DNA of 64,000 nt from Pseudobdellovibrionaceae bacterium (GTDB lineage Bacteria; Pseudomonadota; Alphaproteobacteria; Micavibrionales; Micavibrionaceae), in the NCBI GenBank assembly GCA_050251555.1, contig JBFWMN010000001.1, positions 26,806 through 90,805 of the forward strand. Direction: 5' to 3'. Below are positions 1 through 11,021 of the stretch, one piece after another (position 1 is the stretch's first letter; every line of letters begins with the position of its first letter). Position numbers and translations under genes: made by a program. The notes beneath the pieces are model-generated. The model ran no database searches. It was not told the origin of the DNA and saw only the letters and a list, made by a program, of their open reading frames with translations.

Positions 1-562
1 TGGAGATAAAGAACAACCCGTCACTGTCTTTGTCACGCATCATCGCATCCGTGCCGTTGCCGTGATGAACGTCGAAATCCAGCAGGGCAACGCGTTGTGC
101 GCCGTTCGCACGGGCATAGCTTGCGGCAATAAAGACAGTATTCAGAAAACAAAAGCCCATGGCTTTGTGGGGTTCGGCATGGTGTCCTGGCGGGCGAGAA
201 GCAATAAAAACATGATTTGCCCGACCTGCCAGCAGATCATCAACCCCCTGCAGGGCAGCACCTGCGGCAAGTTTGGCGGCATCCAGAGAAGCAGGGTTCA
301 TTGAGGTATCACCATCCAGCATCGTGTAATCCTCATCAGGTACGGATTCCTCTAGGATATCGAGGTAAGAGGCCTTATGGGCGCGTAAGATATCCTCGCG
401 TTCAGCCATGCGGGTCACGTCAAGGCAGGCTTGGGCGTAATAAGGGGTGCTTTCGAATAAAGCTTTCAAACTTTCCAGTCTTTTGGGGGATTCCGGATGG
501 GAAAGCCCCATTTCATGTTGGAAAAAGCGCGGATTGCTATATATCCTGTATGTGAAACCCAT
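1..562 (-). CDS. HDAC/AcuC-family deacetylase (arginase-deacetylase superfamily), 5' part; the gene continues past the left window edge
   Basis: Absent from the ORF track because there is no stop inside the window. My reverse-strand translation from ATG 562..560 reads MGFTYRIYSNPRFFQHEMGLSHPESPKRLESL...HVFIASRPPGHHAEPHKAMGFCFLNTVFIAASYA...RVALLDFDVHHGNGTDAMM. HPE-P-R, RPPGHHA and DxDxHHGNGT are the family signatures. Confidence 0.85.
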   Translation of the reverse strand, partial: MGFTYRIYSNPRFFQHEMGLSHPESPKRLESLKALFESTPYYAQACLDVTRMAEREDILRAHKASYLDILEESVPDEDYTMLDGDTSMNPASLDAAKLAAGAALQGVDDLLAGRANHVFIASRPPGHHAEPHKAMGFCFLNTVFIAASYARANGAQRVALLDFDVHHGNGTDAMMRDKDSDGLFFIS

Positions 563-1331
563 GTCCGAGACTTTCATTAAAACACATCATGCAATCCCCG
601 CAGGCACCCGCATTTATGCGATCGGTGACTTGCACGGGCATTTGAGCGCGCTGCAAAAAATGCATCTTGCCATTGATAATGATATGGCAAAGCGTGAAGA
701 GATGCCGACAACCATTATCTATCTCGGTGACTATATCGACCGCGGCCCTGAAAGCAAAGCGCTTGTTGAGCGTCTGGCGATGCTGCAAGCCCAAGATGAC
801 GGCATCAATCGTGTGTTCTTACGCGGCAATCACGAGAACGCTTTTCTGGGTTTCTTGCGCGATCCCATGCGTTACGGTCTTGCTTGGCTGAAATATGGCG
901 GGATTGAAACTTCATTGAGCTATGGGGCGAAAATTCCCGAAGGCGGTATTTTTACACCCTCCGATATGGAAAAACTGGCTGCCGAGCTGATTGAGAAAGT
1001 CCCCGAACATCACATTCTTTTTATGCGCGATCTGCTCTATCGCTATGAACTGGGTAATTATCTGTTCGTACATGCGGGAGTTCGGCCGGGGGTGCCTCTC
1101 CATGAACAGGACCGTTTTGATCTGGTGACGATCCGCGAGCCGTTTCTGTCCTCGCCGCATGATCACGGCTATCGGGTTGTGCATGGGCATACTATTACGC
1201 CTGCGCCCGTCGTTTTGCCCAATCGCATCGGTCTTGATACGGGATTTTATGATCAGGGTGTGCTGACGGCCTTACGCCTTGAGGGGAATGACGGCGAAAT
1301 TCTGCAAATTAGCGATCCGGACTTTGCGTAA
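561..1331 (+). CDS. PPP-family metallophosphatase (bacterial Ser/Thr phosphatase / ApaH-like)
   Basis: Track ORF 447..1331, with the start moved to ATG 561 (MSETF...). All PPP motifs are intact: IGDLHGH, LGDYIDRGPES, LRGNHE, FVHAG, VHGHT. Confidence 0.8.
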   Translation: MSETFIKTHHAIPAGTRIYAIGDLHGHLSALQKMHLAIDNDMAKREEMPTTIIYLGDYIDRGPESKALVERLAMLQAQDDGINRVFLRGNHENAFLGFLRDPMRYGLAWLKYGGIETSLSYGAKIPEGGIFTPSDMEKLAAELIEKVPEHHILFMRDLLYRYELGNYLFVHAGVRPGVPLHEQDRFDLVTIREPFLSSPHDHGYRVVHGHTITPAPVVLPNRIGLDTGFYDQGVLTALRLEGNDGEILQISDPDFA

Positions 1332-1362
1332 AGCGTGAAGAGGCGGTATAAGGCTTGCTGAT

Positions 1363-2334
1363 ATGACGACAAAAGCACCTCTTCTTATTCGCCTTGCGGC
1401 ACCGCGTGGATTTTGCGCAGGTGTTGACCGTGCGATCCAGATTGTCGAAAAGGCCCTCGAGAAATACGGCGCACCCGTTTATGTGCGCCATGAGATCGTT
1501 CATAACGCCTTTGTTGTCGATAATTTGAAGGCCAAAGGCGCGATCTTTGTCGAGGAGCTGACCGAAATTCCTGATGACGGGCAACCTGTTATTTTTTCAG
1601 CGCATGGCGTACCGAAATCCGTCCCCAAAGACGCCGAAGAGCGCGAGATGTTTTATATCGATGCGACATGCCCGTTGGTGAGCAAAGTGCATCGTGAGGC
1701 CGAGCGTCATTTTAACGAGGGGCGGGAAATACTCCTGATCGGTCATAAAGGTCACCCCGAAGTGATCGGCACGATGGGCCAGCTTCCGCAAGGCGCCGTG
1801 CAGCTTGTCGAGACATTGGATGATATTGAAAAGCTGAATGTCACCAATCCCGATAATCTGGCCTATTGCACGCAAACCACGCTGTCGGTGGATGATACGG
1901 CGGAACTTGTAGAGGCTTTAAGGTTACGTTTTCCCAATATCCGTTTACCGCACAAAGAAGATATTTGTTACGCGACCACCAATCGTCAGGCCGCGGTCAA
2001 ACATATTGCCGCGACATGCGATGCGATGATTGTGATTGGCGCACCCAACTCATCCAATTCCAACCGCCTTGTCGAGGTCGCACGTTCCTATGGCTGCGCT
2101 CGAGCCATGCTGGTGCGCGACGGTGCGGATGTCGATATCGACTGGCTGAAGGGTGTCAAAGTTTTAGGCTTAACAGCAGGGGCCTCCGCACCCGAAGTTT
2201 TGGTCGAAAATGTGATTGCGACCCTTGAGACGCATTTTGATGTGACGCGTGAGGAAGTGGTGCTCGAAGAAGAGACCGTCGTGTTCAATATTCCGCGTAT
2301 TTTACGTGAATCCGAGGAAAGAAAAGTCTCGTGA
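1363..2334 (+). CDS. ispH: 4-hydroxy-3-methylbut-2-enyl diphosphate reductase
   Basis: 323 aa. N-terminus is [13 protein letters not shown], followed by SAHGV and the [10 protein letters not shown] cysteine motifs typical of IspH/LytB. Confidence 0.93.
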   Translation: MTTKAPLLIRLAAPRGFCAGVDRAIQIVEKALEKYGAPVYVRHEIVHNAFVVDNLKAKGAIFVEELTEIPDDGQPVIFSAHGVPKSVPKDAEEREMFYIDATCPLVSKVHREAERHFNEGREILLIGHKGHPEVIGTMGQLPQGAVQLVETLDDIEKLNVTNPDNLAYCTQTTLSVDDTAELVEALRLRFPNIRLPHKEDICYATTNRQAAVKHIAATCDAMIVIGAPNSSNSNRLVEVARSYGCARAMLVRDGADVDIDWLKGVKVLGLTAGASAPEVLVENVIATLETHFDVTREEVVLEEETVVFNIPRILRESEERKVS

Positions 2335-2777
2335 CAGCCAAAGGCAAAGTCATCATTTATACGGATGGTGCGTGCTCGGGGAATCCGGGGCCGGGCGGCT
2401 GGGGTGCGATCCTTGCCTACAATGGTAGCGAGAAAGAGCTTTACGGCGGCGAACCTGAAACCACCAATAACCGTATGGAGCTGATGGCAGCCATTAAGGC
2501 ACTGGAGGCGCTGACGCGTCCTGTCAAAATAGAACTTTATACGGACAGCTCCTACGTCCAAAAGGGTGTTATGGAGTGGATGTCGGGGTGGAAAGCCAAA
2601 GGCTGGCGCACTTCTGACAAGAAAGAGGTCAAGAACCGCGATCTCTGGGAGGAGCTGGACGCACTGGTCTCCAAACACGATGTGACCTTCCATTGGGTGA
2701 AGGGACACGCCGGACACCCTGAAAATGAGCGGGCTGACGCTCTGGCTGTCAAAGGTCGCGATTCGATGATGGTTTGA
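2331..2777 (+). CDS. rnhA: Ribonuclease HI
   Basis: 148 aa. The GTG start overlaps the ispH TGA (GTGA). Motifs [31 protein letters not shown] and [18 protein letters not shown]. Confidence 0.93.
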   Translation: MTAKGKVIIYTDGACSGNPGPGGWGAILAYNGSEKELYGGEPETTNNRMELMAAIKALEALTRPVKIELYTDSSYVQKGVMEWMSGWKAKGWRTSDKKEVKNRDLWEELDALVSKHDVTFHWVKGHAGHPENERADALAVKGRDSMMV

Positions 2778-2978
2778 CCAATCAGCCGATTTGGTTAGAC
2801 AAAAATCCCCGCTTCACGTATTCTTATCCACATATCCACAAAGAAAACAGACCATTCGGGCACTTTTGGCCCGCGTTAAGAGTCTGTTAAGGGCTTGGGC
2901 GAAGCATGGAAGTATGAGGTGCAAAAAACAAAGGCACCCGCACTTTTCAAAAAGACGCGTATGAGGAAGGAGAGCCCC

Positions 2979-3419
2979 ATGAAGTCGAACGATAACAGAG
3001 TGAACAGTTTCTCGAGTAAGATTATTCTACCCCTGCCGCCTGAAGATCCGATTACACAGGCCATGGAAATGGATGTATATGCGCAGTTTATGCGTCACCT
3101 ACGTCATCTGAACCATTCCCGCATGGAAGTCAAAATCTTGAATTCCATTGATTATGTGGCCCATATGACAGGTAATTCCGAAGCCCATGTGACCAAAATC
3201 CTTGTGGATTTAGGTCTTCGTGCCCCGCGCTTTGCGCTGCCTGCCTCGTATTTGGATTTTGCAGATGCGGCAATGGTTCGTACAGCTTACGCACTGGCTC
3301 CATCACAAGCCTTGAGAGAGCTGGAGCATCATTGGGAAGAGATTGGCGATGACCGTTTTGCAGCACTCAGACAGCAAAACTGGTTGCGTATGGATGAGGA
3401 TTTGTTCTCAAGAGCCTAA
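2979..3419 (+). CDS. Hypothetical protein
   Basis: Track ORF 2895..3419. I prefer the in-frame ATG 2979 because it is preceded by AGGAAGGAG. I recognise no family. Confidence 0.5.
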   Translation: MKSNDNRVNSFSSKIILPLPPEDPITQAMEMDVYAQFMRHLRHLNHSRMEVKILNSIDYVAHMTGNSEAHVTKILVDLGLRAPRFALPASYLDFADAAMVRTAYALAPSQALRELEHHWEEIGDDRFAALRQQNWLRMDEDLFSRA

Positions 3420-3444
3420 GAGGCGATGTGGTCTTTTCTCGTCT

Positions 3445-5451
3445 TTAGTCGTTAAAGCGGCCATAGCCGACATTTTCGCCATACCCGTCCGCATTATCAG
3501 GGTGGGCTGATTGAACATCATTTCTGTTACCTGCATTCAACGGTATCACACCGTTTTCACCGTCGCTGTTTTCGCCGAATGAAAAGATGCGGGTCAAAAG
3601 ATTGCCAAAGCTGTTGCTTGAACCCATCATTTCCTCATAAGGGGCAGGGGTGGGGTCTGCCATCGCCGCCTGAACAATTGCCTTCCATGAACGCGCAGGG
3701 AAAGAACCGCCTGTTACGCGTGCCGTGGGGGAGTTGTTATCATTCCCGTACCAGACAAGGGCGATATAATCATTGGTGAAACCGTCAAACCATGCATCAC
3801 GGTGCTCCTGCGAAGTTCCTGTCTTACCGGCAGCCCAGACACCCGGATTGGCAGCAGCGCCTGTCCCTTGGACAACAACCGAGTGCATCATCTCCTTTAA
3901 TTGTGTGACGGGGTAGCCTGGAATGACTTGCGGAGGTTTGGCTTCGGCGCGCTTATACAGCACAGTGCCGTCTTTTTTCTTCACGCGCTTGATGCCAAAT
4001 GGTTCAATCGCCAGGCCGTTTGAACGAATGGATGCATAGACTGAAGCCATCTCGACCATTGTCACGCCGTTACTGCCCAAAGCCGTGGAGAGGTTGGGAA
4101 CCAAATCCGAGGTAATCCCCATCATGCGGGCCGTATCAATGATGTTTTGACCTCCGACATTGTAAGCCAGTTGTACGGCGACGGTGTTTAAGGAAAGGGT
4201 CAGGGCCTCATACAATGTGACGGGGCCGTAATATTTATTCCCGAAATTTTCTGGTCTGTAGCCGTTATAGGAAATCGGTTCATCAATGACCACGCTATCC
4301 AAACCGTACCCTGCACGCAGCGCCGTCAGATAGACGATCGGTTTGAAGGATGATCCGGGTGATCTCATGGCTTTTGTAGCGCGGTTGAACTGGCTTTGCG
4401 AATAGCTGGCACCACCGACAAGCGCGATAACCGAACCGTCGGGGCGCAGTACCATCGAGGCCCCTTCAGAAAATTTATTCTTTGCGCCTGACTCGGTCAC
4501 CGTACGGGTAATTTCCATGGCGACGGCTTTTTCAACGTCGGGGTCCATGGTGGTTTCGACAATCACGTCACCGGCCTCGACCACGTTTATGAGATCATCC
4601 AGTTGCTCGACAATCCAGTCGGAATAGTAGCGTGCCGCATTTTTCGGTGTCGGTTTTTTCTCGGGAACGGGTAGGGATGTGCCGCGTTTCTTGACGTCGG
4701 ATTCCTTTAAATAACCGGCATCCACCATGTTGTTCAATACGACATTGGCGCGCTCATTGGACGCTTTCGGATTGCTGATCGGCGAATAGCGGGAAGGGGC
4801 CTTCAATAGACCAGCAAGAATGGCGCATTCACGTAAATTCAAATCTTCAGGATCTTTGTCAAAATAGACGCGCGATGCGGCATCGACGCCGTAAGCCCCA
4901 CCGCCTAAATAGACGCGGTTCAGATAGGCGCTTAAGATCTCATCTTTGGAGAGCTTGACCTCCAGCCAGATGGCAAGCATCGCTTCCTGAATTTTACGTG
5001 ACAATGTGCGGTCTTTCGTCAGGAACAGGTTTTTGGCAAGCTGCTGGGTGATGGTGGATGCACCTTGCACGACACCTTTATGGGTTGCATTCACGACGAT
5101 GGCGCGCATGATCCCGATCGGATCAAGACCGAAATGATAGTAAAAGCGGCGGTCTTCGGTTGCCAGAACCGCATGAACAAGGTCTTCGGGCAAATCTTTA
5201 ACGGACAGGTTACGGCCTTTATGATCGCCGTAGCGGGCGACGACCGAACCGTCATTGGCTAAAACCGTAATGGCGGGTTTGCGGACAAACTGAGCATTGC
5301 GCATCAATTCAGGCAATTCGCGCCCGTACCATGCCAAAATGCCGACCAGAAGAATGGCACACCATAGGCCGAAGACGAAAAGCCATTTGACCAGTCCTCC
5401 GATAAAGGATCTGTCCTGCTTCGTTTTTGTCTTTTTCGTGTTTTTTGCCAT
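3445..5451 (-). CDS. Class A penicillin-binding protein (glycosyltransferase GT51 plus transpeptidase), PBP1A family
   Basis: 668 aa with an N-terminal TM anchor. GT51 motifs are EDRRFYYHFG and GASTITQQLAKN. Transpeptidase motifs are SPGSSFKP (SxxK) and KTGTS. Confidence 0.9.
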   Translation of the reverse strand: MAKNTKKTKTKQDRSFIGGLVKWLFVFGLWCAILLVGILAWYGRELPELMRNAQFVRKPAITVLANDGSVVARYGDHKGRNLSVKDLPEDLVHAVLATEDRRFYYHFGLDPIGIMRAIVVNATHKGVVQGASTITQQLAKNLFLTKDRTLSRKIQEAMLAIWLEVKLSKDEILSAYLNRVYLGGGAYGVDAASRVYFDKDPEDLNLRECAILAGLLKAPSRYSPISNPKASNERANVVLNNMVDAGYLKESDVKKRGTSLPVPEKKPTPKNAARYYSDWIVEQLDDLINVVEAGDVIVETTMDPDVEKAVAMEITRTVTESGAKNKFSEGASMVLRPDGSVIALVGGASYSQSQFNRATKAMRSPGSSFKPIVYLTALRAGYGLDSVVIDEPISYNGYRPENFGNKYYGPVTLYEALTLSLNTVAVQLAYNVGGQNIIDTARMMGITSDLVPNLSTALGSNGVTMVEMASVYASIRSNGLAIEPFGIKRVKKKDGTVLYKRAEAKPPQVIPGYPVTQLKEMMHSVVVQGTGAAANPGVWAAGKTGTSQEHRDAWFDGFTNDYIALVWYGNDNNSPTARVTGGSFPARSWKAIVQAAMADPTPAPYEEMMGSSNSFGNLLTRIFSFGENSDGENGVIPLNAGNRNDVQSAHPDNADGYGENVGYGRFND

Positions 5452-5535
5452 TCAATTACTATCCCTTGCGCACAGTCTTTTACGTCACGGACGGGTTTTT
5501 CGCAAGGGAAGAAGTGGAGAGGGGTTTGGCTCAGC

Positions 5536-6069
5536 TTAGCCGCAAGCAACCCAGAAGCGTTTACGTGAAGGAAAGCAATCGGTTGCAGGTGTTTCATCCC
5601 AGAATTCACCGCCTTGGCTCTCGATAATATGGGCGGCACGGTTTGCATCGGGGGCGATCGTCACAAGGGCCTTATCAATGCCTAGGTGATGGGCAATGGG
5701 AAGCGCTTTGCGCAGGATTTTTTTGCCAAAACCCTTGCCGCGCAGGGATGGACGGATCTGGAAATGCAGATGTCCGCCCCATTTTTCCAAATGCCAGTTC
5801 AAGCGGTGGCGGATTTCGACAGAGCCGATATAGATATCGTCTTTGACAAGCCAGAGAACGGTTTCGGGCACGATCTCAACCCATTCCTGACAAGGCTTAT
5901 GGAGCATGCGGCGCTCGGTGCGCAACATCTCAATAAATTCCTCGAAATTTTCCTGCAAATAGCCGGGTGAGATATGCTTATAGCGCCCTTCCGTATGATA
6001 TTCATACAGGGCCTCAATCACACTGTCCTTATAGCGGACATCAGGTCTCACAAGTTTGGATGCGCTCAT
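5536..6069 (-). CDS. GNAT-family N-acetyltransferase
   Basis: 177 aa. Acetyl-CoA binding motif IRPSLRGKGFGKKILRKAL. Confidence 0.7.
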   Translation of the reverse strand: MSASKLVRPDVRYKDSVIEALYEYHTEGRYKHISPGYLQENFEEFIEMLRTERRMLHKPCQEWVEIVPETVLWLVKDDIYIGSVEIRHRLNWHLEKWGGHLHFQIRPSLRGKGFGKKILRKALPIAHHLGIDKALVTIAPDANRAAHIIESQGGEFWDETPATDCFPSRKRFWVACG

Positions 6070-6183
6070 ATACTTTATATAGGCCGAATGGGTGTCATGT
6101 TTAATTCAGCATATGCTTATACTTTAACATGAATTTTTGCACACGCACAAATCGCAAAGATGCATGCCTGAATTGTCTTTTTT

Positions 6184-7617
6184 TTACATGAGGAAAAGTG
6201 CGGCAAGGCCGAGGAAGGCGAAAAAGCCGACAACATCGGTGACCGTCGTCAACAAGACGGTTGAGGCAAGGGCAGGGTCACCGCCAGCCTTTTCGATGAG
6301 GACGGGAATGGATGCGCCAAACAGGCCTGCTGCGACCAGATTAACAATCATTGCAAGTGCAATCACAATGCCGATCCCGATATCCTGAAACCACAGACCT
6401 GCGACGATACCTGCGATTATTGCAAAGGCCGAGCCGTTAATGGCGCCGACCAGTGTTTCTTTCCAGATGACACGCATGGCGTTAGTGGACGACAGCTCCT
6501 TGGTTGCCAGAGCGCGCACGGCAACGGTCAGGGCCTGTGTTCCCGCATTTCCACCCATTGAGGCGACAATCGGCATCAGAACGGCGAGTGCCACAATCTG
6601 CTGGATCGTCGCATCGAAAAAGGAAATGACGAAAGATGCCAGAATGGCGGTGAAGAGGTTCACGAGAAGCCATGAAAAACGCGAACGCGTCGTGGAGAGA
6701 ACGGCGCGATACAAGTCACCCGTATCAACCCCCCCGAGTTTCAGGAAGTCTTCTTCGGCTTCTTCATGGATAACTTCCAAGATATCATCAACCGTGACCA
6801 CACCGATCAGGCGCTCATCTTCATCAATAACAGGCGCGGAACCCAGATTTTCACGTTGGAAAAGACGCGCAACTTCTTCCTGGTCCATTGTGGCGGGGAT
6901 AGTGTGCACATCATCGAGCGTCAGATTCTCAAGCTTTTCCTTACGCTGTGAACGAATGAGGCGGTTCAGCGGAATCTCGCCCGCCACGTGATAGTCAGGT
7001 GTAATCACAATAATATCGAAGAAGTCTGTAGGCAGGTCATCGGCGGCAGCACGCAGATAATCAATGGTTTTACCGACAGTCCAGTTTTTCGGCACGGCAA
7101 CGAACTCGCGTTGCATCAATCGTCCGGCGGAATCTTCGGGGTAGCTCAAACCCTCGCGGATGGCGGCACGGGTTTTGGCGGAAACGAGTTTAATAATCGC
7201 GTCTTGGTCTTCCGGGTCAAGCGGTAGAATAAGGTCAAGGGCGTCATCGGAGTCGAGGTCAGCAATAATCCGCGCAATCGAGCGATTGGGCAGAAATTCC
7301 AGCATTTCCTTACGCAAACCTTCATCCAGATGCAGGAAGGTTTCGGGCTGGATATGCTCGCGATAGGCCTCGAGATAGCGGATGCGGTCTTCGGGATCGA
7401 TCTTTTGTAGGAAGTCGGCAGTATCGGCAGCCGACAGCTCTTCGGCAAAGATATGTGCGACATCTTCGGGGTCGTTGGCTTCCAAACGGTCCCACAGACG
7501 ATCAATCTCGCGGTCGTTCAGTACAACCGTGTCGTAAGGCTCGAAGGCTTCGGCGGCGGCTTCGGAAAGCTCGATACCGGGCGCGATTTCGTCTTTGGGC
7601 TGTTCGGTTTTAGCCAT
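6184..7617 (-). CDS. mgtE: Magnesium transporter MgtE
   Basis: 477 aa: acidic N-domain, tandem CBS region, and a C-terminal 5-TM domain with MGGNAGTQALTV and GGDPALAS motifs. Confidence 0.9.
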   Translation of the reverse strand: MAKTEQPKDEIAPGIELSEAAAEAFEPYDTVVLNDREIDRLWDRLEANDPEDVAHIFAEELSAADTADFLQKIDPEDRIRYLEAYREHIQPETFLHLDEGLRKEMLEFLPNRSIARIIADLDSDDALDLILPLDPEDQDAIIKLVSAKTRAAIREGLSYPEDSAGRLMQREFVAVPKNWTVGKTIDYLRAAADDLPTDFFDIIVITPDYHVAGEIPLNRLIRSQRKEKLENLTLDDVHTIPATMDQEEVARLFQRENLGSAPVIDEDERLIGVVTVDDILEVIHEEAEEDFLKLGGVDTGDLYRAVLSTTRSRFSWLLVNLFTAILASFVISFFDATIQQIVALAVLMPIVASMGGNAGTQALTVAVRALATKELSSTNAMRVIWKETLVGAINGSAFAIIAGIVAGLWFQDIGIGIVIALAMIVNLVAAGLFGASIPVLIEKAGGDPALASTVLLTTVTDVVGFFAFLGLAALFLM

Positions 7618-7685
7618 GTGCTTTTTCCGCGCCTTTCCGGTTGAAGCCGGAAAGTGTGGAGGCTGCTCCGGCTGATTAAATTATC

Positions 7686-10028
7686 TTAGAAGATTTGATG
7701 ATGCGCAAGAACGCCTTTCTCGCTTTCAGTTTCATATACTTGTGCAGCCACAGTTGCAAGGGCTGTGACATTCACAATGCCCCTCGGTGTTGCTGACGGG
7801 GTCAGGATATGAACAGGTTGCGAGACACCCAGCAATAACGGGCCGATAGATACGCCATCCGTCATCATTTTCAAGAGGTTGAACGAAATATTCGCGGCAT
7901 CAACATCAGGCATGATGAGAAGATTGGCTTCGCCCGTTAACTGTGCGTGCGGCATCGTGTCCTTGCGGATTTTTTCGGACAGGGCCGCGTCCGCTTGCAT
8001 TTCGCCCTCAATCTCAAGGGAAGGGGCGCGTTTCTTCAGCTCAGCAACGGCCTTGCGCAGTGTGCAGGCGCGTTCTGTGTCATGTGTGCCAAAGTTAGAG
8101 TGGGAAACCAGCGCGATTTTCGGCGTAATCCCGAAACGCTTGATTTCCTCTGCGGCATGCAGCGTGATTTCGACAATCTGGTCGACAGAAGGCTGCGGGT
8201 TTACATGTGTATCGCAGACAAAGGTGGCACCTTTGCTGTGAATCAGGATCGACAGAGCCGCAGCCGTATCAACGGTGCTTTTCAGGCCGACAATATCATT
8301 CACATGTTTCAGGTGACGGTGATAATGGCCCAATGTGCCGCAAATCATCGCATCGGCCTCGCCTTTGCGCACCATCAGAGCACCGATAACAGTGGTGTTT
8401 GTACGCAAGATGGTTTTGGCATCCGCAGGGGTGACACCGCGACGCGCCATAATGTCGTGGTAATAGCTCCAATATTCCTTGTAGCGGGGGTCATCCTCGG
8501 GATCGACAAGGTCGATGTCCTTTTCGAGATCGATACGCAGGCGCATACGCTTCAAACGTGTCTCGATCACATGTTTACGACCAATCAGGATCGGTTGGGC
8601 AAGGCCGTCATCGAGAATGACCTGAATGGCGCGTAAGGTTTTTTCTTCTTCCCCTTCACAAAAAACAATGCGCTTCGGGTTGGATTTGGCACGCGTGAAA
8701 ATAGGGCGCATGACCATATCGGTGCGATAGAAATATTGCTGCAACTTCTCGCGATATGCCTTCATATCCGTGATCGGACGGGCGGCAACACCCGTATCCA
8801 TCGCGGCTTGGGCGGCGGCAGCCGAGACCTCGACAATGAGGCGCGGATCAAAAGGTTTGGGAATAAGGTACTCAGGCCCGAATTCCAATTGCTCGTCAGC
8901 ATACAGTGTCGCCACTTCAGCGGTGGCTTCTTTACGGGTCAGCTCGGCAAGTGCACGCACGCAAGCCAGTTTCATTTCCTCATTGATTGTGGTCGCGCCA
9001 ACATCGAGCGCGCCACGGAAGATAAAGGGGAAGCAAAGAACGTTATTGACCTGGTTCGGGTAATCCGAGCGGCCTGTGCAGATAATGGCTTCGGGCTGCG
9101 CTTCGCGGGCTTCCTCGGGCATAATCTCGGGGGTCGGGTTGGCAAGCGCCATAATAAGGGGCGCCTTTGACATTTTGGCAACCATCTCCTTGGTGATCGC
9201 ACCCGGTCCTGAAAGACCGAGGAACACGTTCGCACCGACAATGGCTTCTTCAATCGTGCGCGCCTTCGTGTCGTTGGCAAATTCTTCCTTGGCAGGGTCC
9301 ATATTGGTATTGCGGCCTTTATAGACAACGCCTTCACGGTCGCAAATGGTAATGTTTTCACGCGGCAGGCCGGCTTCGACCAGCAAACGCAGGCAGGCAA
9401 TCGCGGACGCACCTGCGCCAGATCCGACCAGTTTGGTCTTTTTAAAGTCACGGCCCGTGTAATGCATCCAGTTTAAGAAGGCTGCAGCCACAATAATGGC
9501 TGTACCGTGCTGATCGTCATGAAAGACGGGAATGTTCATGCGCTCGCGGAGGCGGCGTTCGATCTCGAAACACTCGGGGGCTTTGATGTCTTCCAGATTG
9601 ATCCCGCCGAATGAAGGCTCAAGGGCAGCAACAACTTCGACAAATTTATCAATGTCGGTTTCATCAACCTCAATATCGACGGAATCGATGTTGGCGAATT
9701 TTTTGAAAAGGCAGCATTTGCCTTCCATCACAGGCTTGGAGGCCAGCGCGCCGATATTGCCGAGGCCTAAAACGGCGGTTCCGTTCGAGATAACGGCGAC
9801 AAGGTTACCGCGACTTGTGTAATCGAGAGCTTTGAGAGGGTCTTTTTCAATTTCAAGGCAGGGGATCGCCACACCGGGGGAATAAGCCAAGGACAGATCG
9901 CGCTGCGTTGTCAGTGGTTTTGTCGGAACAAGGGAGAGCTTACCGGGGGTGGGCTTCAAGTGGTACTCGAGCGCGGCTTCCGTTAAATCTTTATTCTTGT
10001 TGGAGTAGGTTTCCGAAACGTCGGTCAT
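7686..10028 (-). CDS. maeB: NADP-dependent malic enzyme with C-terminal phosphotransacetylase-like domain
   Basis: 780 aa. Motifs [18 protein letters not shown] and [10 protein letters not shown] (Rossmann), followed by a PTA-like domain of about 330 aa. This is the MaeB architecture. Confidence 0.92.
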   Translation of the reverse strand: MTDVSETYSNKNKDLTEAALEYHLKPTPGKLSLVPTKPLTTQRDLSLAYSPGVAIPCLEIEKDPLKALDYTSRGNLVAVISNGTAVLGLGNIGALASKPVMEGKCCLFKKFANIDSVDIEVDETDIDKFVEVVAALEPSFGGINLEDIKAPECFEIERRLRERMNIPVFHDDQHGTAIIVAAAFLNWMHYTGRDFKKTKLVGSGAGASAIACLRLLVEAGLPRENITICDREGVVYKGRNTNMDPAKEEFANDTKARTIEEAIVGANVFLGLSGPGAITKEMVAKMSKAPLIMALANPTPEIMPEEAREAQPEAIICTGRSDYPNQVNNVLCFPFIFRGALDVGATTINEEMKLACVRALAELTRKEATAEVATLYADEQLEFGPEYLIPKPFDPRLIVEVSAAAAQAAMDTGVAARPITDMKAYREKLQQYFYRTDMVMRPIFTRAKSNPKRIVFCEGEEEKTLRAIQVILDDGLAQPILIGRKHVIETRLKRMRLRIDLEKDIDLVDPEDDPRYKEYWSYYHDIMARRGVTPADAKTILRTNTTVIGALMVRKGEADAMICGTLGHYHRHLKHVNDIVGLKSTVDTAAALSILIHSKGATFVCDTHVNPQPSVDQIVEITLHAAEEIKRFGITPKIALVSHSNFGTHDTERACTLRKAVAELKKRAPSLEIEGEMQADAALSEKIRKDTMPHAQLTGEANLLIMPDVDAANISFNLLKMMTDGVSIGPLLLGVSQPVHILTPSATPRGIVNVTALATVAAQVYETESEKGVLAHHQIF

Positions 10029-10107
10029 TGGCTTTGATATCCCTTGCCTCTTGCAGGCTTTGGCTTTGGCTTTAAAAAATTACAAGCAGATCAGAGAAGA
10101 AGAAAGA

Positions 10108-10195
10108 TGGTGCGGCCAAGAAGACTCGAACTTCCACGGGCTCAATGCCCACAGCGACCTCAACGCTGCGCGTCTACCAATTCCGCCATGGCCGC
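10108..10195 (-). tRNA. tRNA-Leu, anticodon GAG
   Basis: The reverse complement folds by hand as GCGGCCA-TG-GCG..CGC-G-CAGCG-TTGAGGT-CGCTG-long variable arm (GGGC ATTGA GCCC)-GGAAG TTCGAGT CTTCT-TGGCCGC-ACCA. It has a 7-bp acceptor stem, encoded CCA, and a class II variable arm. Confidence 0.9.
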
Positions 10196-10364
10196 ACTAT
10201 TTTCTTTCTCTGCGCGGGGTGCAGGTCAGACCTTTCATCAAGGGTGATTCCCGCTCTCGCACATGTGAGATATCAAATCCCGTGACGGCCCGCAACAGCG
10301 TTTCACGTTGCATTGCGGCATCTCGGGTTGCGCCTATAAAGCACACCTGCTAGGAGATTGCAAT

Positions 10365-11021
10365 ATGGAGTATGAATTTTCGCAAAAACCCGTGCCGTAC
10401 GAGGCCGCGCTTGAGCTGATGGAGACCCGCGTGGCACAAATCGGGCAGGGTCTTGCAGACAATCTTTTATGGGCGTTGGAACACCCCCCTGTCTATACGG
10501 CAGGAACGTCTGCCAAAGACTCCGATCTTGTCGATTCCCGTTTTCCGGTAATTAAGACGGGGCGGGGCGGACAATATACGTATCACGGCCCTGGACAGCG
10601 TGTTTATTACGTGATGTATAACTTGAAGGAAATCTTCCAAACGCCTGATATCAAATGCTATGTCTGGATGTTAGAGGAGGTGCTTATCCGCACGCTTGCA
10701 GCTTTCGGAATCACAGGTGAACGCCGTGAAGGCCGTGTAGGAATCTGGGTGGTGGACCCTCAATCAGGTAAAGAAAACAAGATTGCCGCCCTCGGCGTGC
10801 GCGTTCGGAAGTGGGTCGCTTTTCATGGTGTGTCTTTGAATGTCGATCCTGATTTGTCCCATTTTACAGGGATTGTCCCGTGCGGCATTCATGAGCATGG
10901 TGTTACATCCATGGCGGCTTTGGGTATTAAACCCGCGCAAGATGAAATTGACCGTGTTTTTGCACGGGAACTGGAGGCGGTTCTGGCGAAGCCTCAATCG
11001 GCGGCTTGTGCCAAGTCATAG
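10365..11021 (+). CDS. lipB: Octanoyltransferase (lipoyl(octanoyl) transferase)
   Basis: Track ORF 10308..11021, with the start moved to MEYEF (ATG 10365). Motifs EHPPVYT, RGGQYTYHGPGQ, KIAALGVRV and CG. Confidence 0.85.
   Translation: MEYEFSQKPVPYEAALELMETRVAQIGQGLADNLLWALEHPPVYTAGTSAKDSDLVDSRFPVIKTGRGGQYTYHGPGQRVYYVMYNLKEIFQTPDIKCYVWMLEEVLIRTLAAFGITGERREGRVGIWVVDPQSGKENKIAALGVRVRKWVAFHGVSLNVDPDLSHFTGIVPCGIHEHGVTSMAALGIKPAQDEIDRVFARELEAVLAKPQSAACAKS

Noticed and set aside
2088-2717. 209-aa minus-strand ORF across the ispH/rnhA junction.
   Set aside because: It is antisense to two strongly recognisable genes and is best read as a shadow ORF.
7947-8636. 229-aa plus-strand ORF, together with 8736..9170, 8972..9451 and other ORFs inside maeB.
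   Set aside because: These are antisense or off-frame to the 780-aa malic enzyme gene. They are low-complexity, Arg-rich translations.
10056-10073. (GGCTTT)x3 micro-tandem between tRNA-Leu and the maeB start.
   Set aside because: It is only 18 nt, sits in a 5' UTR or promoter region, and comes with no further evidence of function.
10108-10195. tRNA-Leu as the integration site of the island.
   Set aside because: The island begins about 4.8 kb away, after five housekeeping genes. No partial tRNA copy is visible at the island's right border.
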